Shown here: positions 49,153 through 64,000 of the stretch, one piece after another
How the letters are laid out: every line of letters begins with the position of its first letter
Numbering within the stretch: the stretch's first letter is position 1
From: the human T2T-CHM13v2.0 reference genome, Homo sapiens
Assembly: GCF_009914755.1 (NCBI RefSeq)
Contig: NC_060926.1
DNA length: 64,000 bases
Direction: 5' to 3' (one strand)
Notes under the pieces: generated by a model
The model's input: the letters and a program-made list of their open reading frames with translations, nothing else
What the model was told of the DNA's origin: nothing
The model's database searches: none
Position numbers and translations under genes: made by a program

Positions 49153-50538
49153 CCGTATGAGGGAACTGTGTAGACAAGGTACCAGGTCAGTCTTCTTCCA
49201 TGTCTATTAGCTCCACAAAGCCAATCTCAATCCCTCAAAACAATCTTGTCATACTTGAAAATATGACACTCTAGTCAAAGCCTTGGTAAAATAATCAGTG
49301 TTTCCAATCTGTCCTGTTACAAAAGAAACAGATTATTATTGAACTTATGCAAATAACCATTGTCATAAGAATGTTTATGAATAGTTTCCAAATTATGGCA
49401 AATTCATGTAGAGAGAGAAAAGTAACTGTTTTGGTTTTGCTCACAAAAGTCTACTTTACCTAAGGGCTGTCAGATATAAGTAACTTAAAAGAAAGAGAAG
49501 TTTTCTTGACTTTTGAAAACAAAATATGAAAAGAATCGGCAATGTTTCAAACAAAAAGTCATAAAAGTCACTTTATTCCTCCATCAATTTAGTCTCATGT
49601 AATTCTTATTTTGCTGGTGTTGGGTTAGCAATCTTCATGAAGACATCAGTTTTTCATTAGAGTTCTGGAAGTTTTATCTAGTCTAACTATATGATCTCCA
49701 AAGTTATCAGAAACCTATGTTCAAGAGTACTTGCCAGAGCCTTTTCCATAAAAAAGCAATTTTGGATTATAGTTGACTTCAAATGCTTGTAGAGAAAATT
49801 TTAAAACGGTAACTGTGGATGTCAAAAACTTAGAATAGCCATGGTTAAAATCTAATAGAAGTACCCAATTGACAAGGAAATTTAGATATTTTGATTACCT
49901 GCAGCATTTTAAGATAACAACCAGAATCACGACTGATAGTGTCCCATTAAAACTATTAGATTTTTACAAATGTCATATACTCTTTAGGATATTCACATTA
50001 ATAACATATCTATACAAATATTACTTTAGAAAAGACTTAATCAAAATTATGACTGATAACAGATTTTTATAAATTTATATAATTTGGGGAACATTTTATC
50101 GATAACATACTCATAAGTGTAACTGAAGGAAGATCTAGTATTATGTATCATTTGACAGTTTCTCCCATACAATTTACCAAATCAGTCTAATCATTTAATA
50201 TCTCTGCAAGAGGAGAGATACATTCTTTCAGGTCCCTCAGAGGTCCAACTGGAAAATAGCAAAGTAAATTTTAGGCCAAAAAAACAATTTAGGATGTTGA
50301 TCTTGGGGAAACCTGCCAAAGATGTAGAAAGGTATAAAACACTTGATCAAAATGGAATCACAGATCATTGTAAAATAATAATTATTCATTTAACCAGAGT
50401 TATAATCAAAAGACTTCAAAAGCAATACAGAAAGTTGTATGGATGTAAAAATCTTAGCTCTTTTAAAGCTCAGTTTTCTTGAGTAATCAAAAACTTAATA
50501 AAGACAATACAGGAATTATCTCAATAAAAATAAGTTTT

Positions 50539-50837
50539 GGGCCAGGCGCCATAGCTAACACCTGTAATCCCAGCACTGTGGGAGGCCAAGGCAGGCAGAT
50601 CACCCGAAGTCAGAAATTTGAGACCAGCCTGGTCAACATGGTGAAACTCTGTCTCTACTAAAAATACACAAAAAATTAACCAGGCATGGTGGCATGTGCC
50701 TGTAGTCTCAGATACTCAGGAGGCTGAGGCAGAAGAATCGCTTGAGCCCAGAAGGCAGAGGTTACAGTGAGCCGAGATTGCACCACTGTACTCTAGCCTG
50801 GGCAACAGAGCAAGACTCCATCTCAAAAAAAAAAAAA
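50539..50837 (+). mobile_element. Alu inside the ERV internal region
   Basis: Sense dimer with A tail. Confidence 0.9.
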
Positions 50838-53800
50838 GTTTTAAAAAGAAAGAGATATCAGAATTAAAAATCAGTATCTTTTAATTTTATTAAAAGCAAA
50901 GCAATATTTTAAGCAAACTTTGTTGTTCTAACATAGGGGACCAAATTTTTTGTTTTTTATTAGTTTATTTTTAATATCAAATCTCAATCTTTAGAAAGAC
51001 TTAGAATTTCCTTTTAATTATAGCCAACTTGATCATATACAAAATTTATTTCATAGGGTTTCTTTTCACAAACCTTATTATGACTTAGACTGTTTGCGAA
51101 ACGCTTGGACTTTTTGCTTTTCTCTGTACTTTCTTAAATAACTAGACATTTTACTTTAGAACAAAAAACTTACAAGACTTTTTTCTCATGCAAAATTATT
51201 CTCTTTTAACCTGTCTTACCAAAAATATTTATAACTTTCTTCGCTTTTCTCTCTCCTTCTTACTGGTTCCTTTCTTTATTGCTCCTTATTTTAAAACAAC
51301 CTTAAATAACCCCTGAATTAAACACAATTACTTTTTCTCAGTAAAGAACATATTTTTATGCCTTCTTATAATTTTCTGTCATGAAAAACACATCTTACTT
51401 TTTTGACACATTTTAAATTTAGAATTATATATATTAATTAGAATGTTTAAACTTTCAGTAACTTTAAATTTTATTGAAAACCTAGGAAATAAGAAATCTT
51501 GAATTGTCTATCACATGACAGTATCTTACAAATGAGAACTCTTTTATAATTTTTAGAAACATTTTCCCATAACAAAAACATTTTTTATCTTAATTGGAAT
51601 TGACCTAGACGTTTAATGAGCATCTATTTTTGAATTTAATTTAGCAAAACTTTAAGATTATAAATTACATTAAAAGTTTATTTATATATGTTTATCCCAT
51701 TTACATTTATTTTTAACAGTTTACCTAGATTACTTATGAAAATTGATATATTAGACAAAGCTAGTCATCATTTCAAGTTATTTTCCTGTCAACCAATTTT
51801 ATAGCCTGTGAATATCAGATGTTCACTTAAGAAAGAATCTTAAAGTTAAATATATGAGTATTTTGCTGATAACTTAGAAGATAGTTGTTTTATTAAAGCA
51901 AAAATATTTAATCAGTCATACTTATCAAAAGATTTATTCAAGTCATGTGAACTTAGATGTTTGGGACTACTAATTCCTGAGCATTAATGTATTTATAAGT
52001 CAGTCTGTTACTACAGAGAGGTTTTATAGCTTTGATTTTAAAATTTTGGTCATGAATCAGGTAAATTTCACTAGTTTTAAAAGGAGAATTGAATTAAATT
52101 GTGCCTTTCAAAATGGTACAAGTTAAAGTTATCTGTCCTACATGACTGAAGCCCTTAATGAGTGTAAAACATTTATATCTCAAAGCACAGAGAAAGAATT
52201 TAATCCTTCCATATGGCTAATGAAGTTTTACATTTCCAAGGGACTGTGAAGTCCAGCAGGGCATTTAAAGGGTATTGTCTGATATTGGATAAAGAGTTTA
52301 ATTGGGTTTACTTCCACTTTAATGGGGGTGGTTGAATATGTTTTACCAATGTCAGTGGGAGATTGGGAGCATAAGTGATCCAGCAAAGCTTGCAATAACT
52401 CATCGGTGTCATTCGTTAGTCTTGGGTCAGAAAAAATTGTTGGTGATAATTGTGATAATTTTAATTGTTTCATTTTCATTCTTTAGTTGTTCTGTTTGCT
52501 CCTTCTGTTCCAAACGTAAATACGTTTTCCCCCTTTTGAGAGAAGGAAATGTGTGTATTGTGACATTCCAAAAATCTCTACCTAAGAGACAGATGGGAGC
52601 CAAGAGAACAAGTAGAAAGGAATAAATTCAGTTAAGGAAGAATATGAAGGCATAGGGGTAGAAGGAGGAGAAGAAATTGGAATGAAAGGGAGAAAGCTTC
52701 TGAAGTCTTTTTCAAATCAGAAATAGTGTGGGATGGCCTTTTGCTCATCTCTTCAATGAAGGCCATTTTTTTTCCCCAGAATTTCTTTTAGGAGCATCTC
52801 ACTGCTATCAGAAGTAAGTCAGTTTGTCTGGTTCTAAAACCAGCTTTTTCCAATTGTGTATGGTAATACATCAGCTTAGGCATTTTCAAAAGATCCCCAT
52901 TTTGGCCACTGCTGCTTTTGACCATCCCGGGTTACATGGGTCCACTTATCTAAGTACTTGCAAGAAGAAGGACTCTAAGTGTTACACATCAAACCAGCTG
53001 GTGCTGATAGAGGCAGTGTACCCTGAGTCTTAGAAGACATGTTTCCCATCTTGGTTGTTTTGAATGAGACAAGTAATGTAGTGGATTAAGTGTGGTGGTT
53101 TTGAATTTTTCTTCCCCGAAATTTCACTCAATAGGCTGAAAAGATTATCTTACATGTCTCTGATTCCAGAGTCACCTCCAAAGAAGTTTCAGGGTATTCA
53201 TGGACAAGAGATAATCAGTTTTTATGAAGCTTGCCAGCTGAGCGAAAAGTTAACAGTGTGGGGATTTTCCTATGAGACTGCTCCATGTTGCTGGGGGTAT
53301 GCCCTGACACCTCCGCTATTGTGGGTTTCCTAAAAACCATTTGGTCACAGACAGAGAATGTTTCTTAACTTCAGAGCAAGACTGCCCTCCCTCATGCACT
53401 CAAAAATGAGAAAGCTAAGGAAAGGTTGTCCCATCCAAAACCTTGAGAGAAATAATTCACAGAGCTCCTATTTTACACCGCCCTAGGATTCAACAAAAAC
53501 TCCTGTCTAGCCAAGGAGAAAACCAGCTTCAAAAAACCAGAACTTCCACCACGATGGGAGGTTCATTGATTTTGGGAGGAACTCCTCTGCAACCCCCAGC
53601 CAGGGCATCCAAGTTCAGGAACACAATGTGTTCATTGCCAGTACCTGCACAAAGGTCGGAGGCCGCATATGTCGTCCAGGGAGGTCACTCCAAAATTCTG
53701 CCAACTACACCGGAATGTTGACGAAAATTTAGCCTGTTGAGAAATAAATAATTTGATAACAGTTTATTGAAAGCCAAATGTGAGGATCAACCCAAGAAAA

Positions 53801-54254
53801 CACACCAACAAAGTTGAGAGTGTTCCAGAGTCTGTTACAAGTTGGAATGATTTTATAGGTAGGGTCAGGAGAAGGAAGAGGGACTCTTCACACCAGAATT
53901 GTCCTTTCTTATTGGAGGATACAATAGAGAGGTTACAATCATTGGATACAGATTGCAACATACAGGCTCAAATGTCTTCATGTAAAACAATCAGTAAAAC
54001 TTTATGATTCAGAAATAAGTCAGCACCCTTTTCAGGGTCAGTGGGGTATGCATTAATCAGTATGTCAACAACTTGAGGAACTCATCATGAGATTCAGGGA
54101 CAGGATTTCACCATGAATCACAAGACCTTCCCAAGGTAGGTTAATCTGGAAGCCTGTTTACTTTTAAATTAAACTGTCAAAAGTGGCCTGTAGGTTTTCA
54201 CCATCCTTTCTCTGCTTGTCATGTGGATGCAGAGAAAAGGGAGTCTGCCAAACT

Positions 54255-64000
<9,746 letters not shown>

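Noticed and set aside
46058-54007. Paired similar ORFs at 46058-46438 and 53780-54007 as duplicated genes
   Set aside because: They are chance frames in the two LTR copies.

Overview
Human (primate) genomic DNA covering the 3' half of SP100 on the + strand. Twelve short internal exons are present, followed by the HMGB1-retrocopy terminal exon of SP100-HMG. The read-through ends of SP100-A and SP100-B are also visible; SP100-C exons would lie beyond the window. Introns are rich in Alu, L1, L2, MaLR, ERV1 and DNA transposons. The HMGB1 retrocopy is nested inside an antisense two-LTR provirus. The main unexpected observation is a decayed multi-exon gene on the - strand, about 33862 to 10689, interleaved with SP100 exons. 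Its pieces read in order as signal peptide, Venus-flytrap domain, Cys-rich linker and class C GPCR 7TM. These are followed by three exons resembling a CDC14-type phosphatase domain, suggesting a lost receptor-phosphatase fusion gene. Protein family and repeat subfamily calls were made by eye from remembered sequences and need database confirmation.
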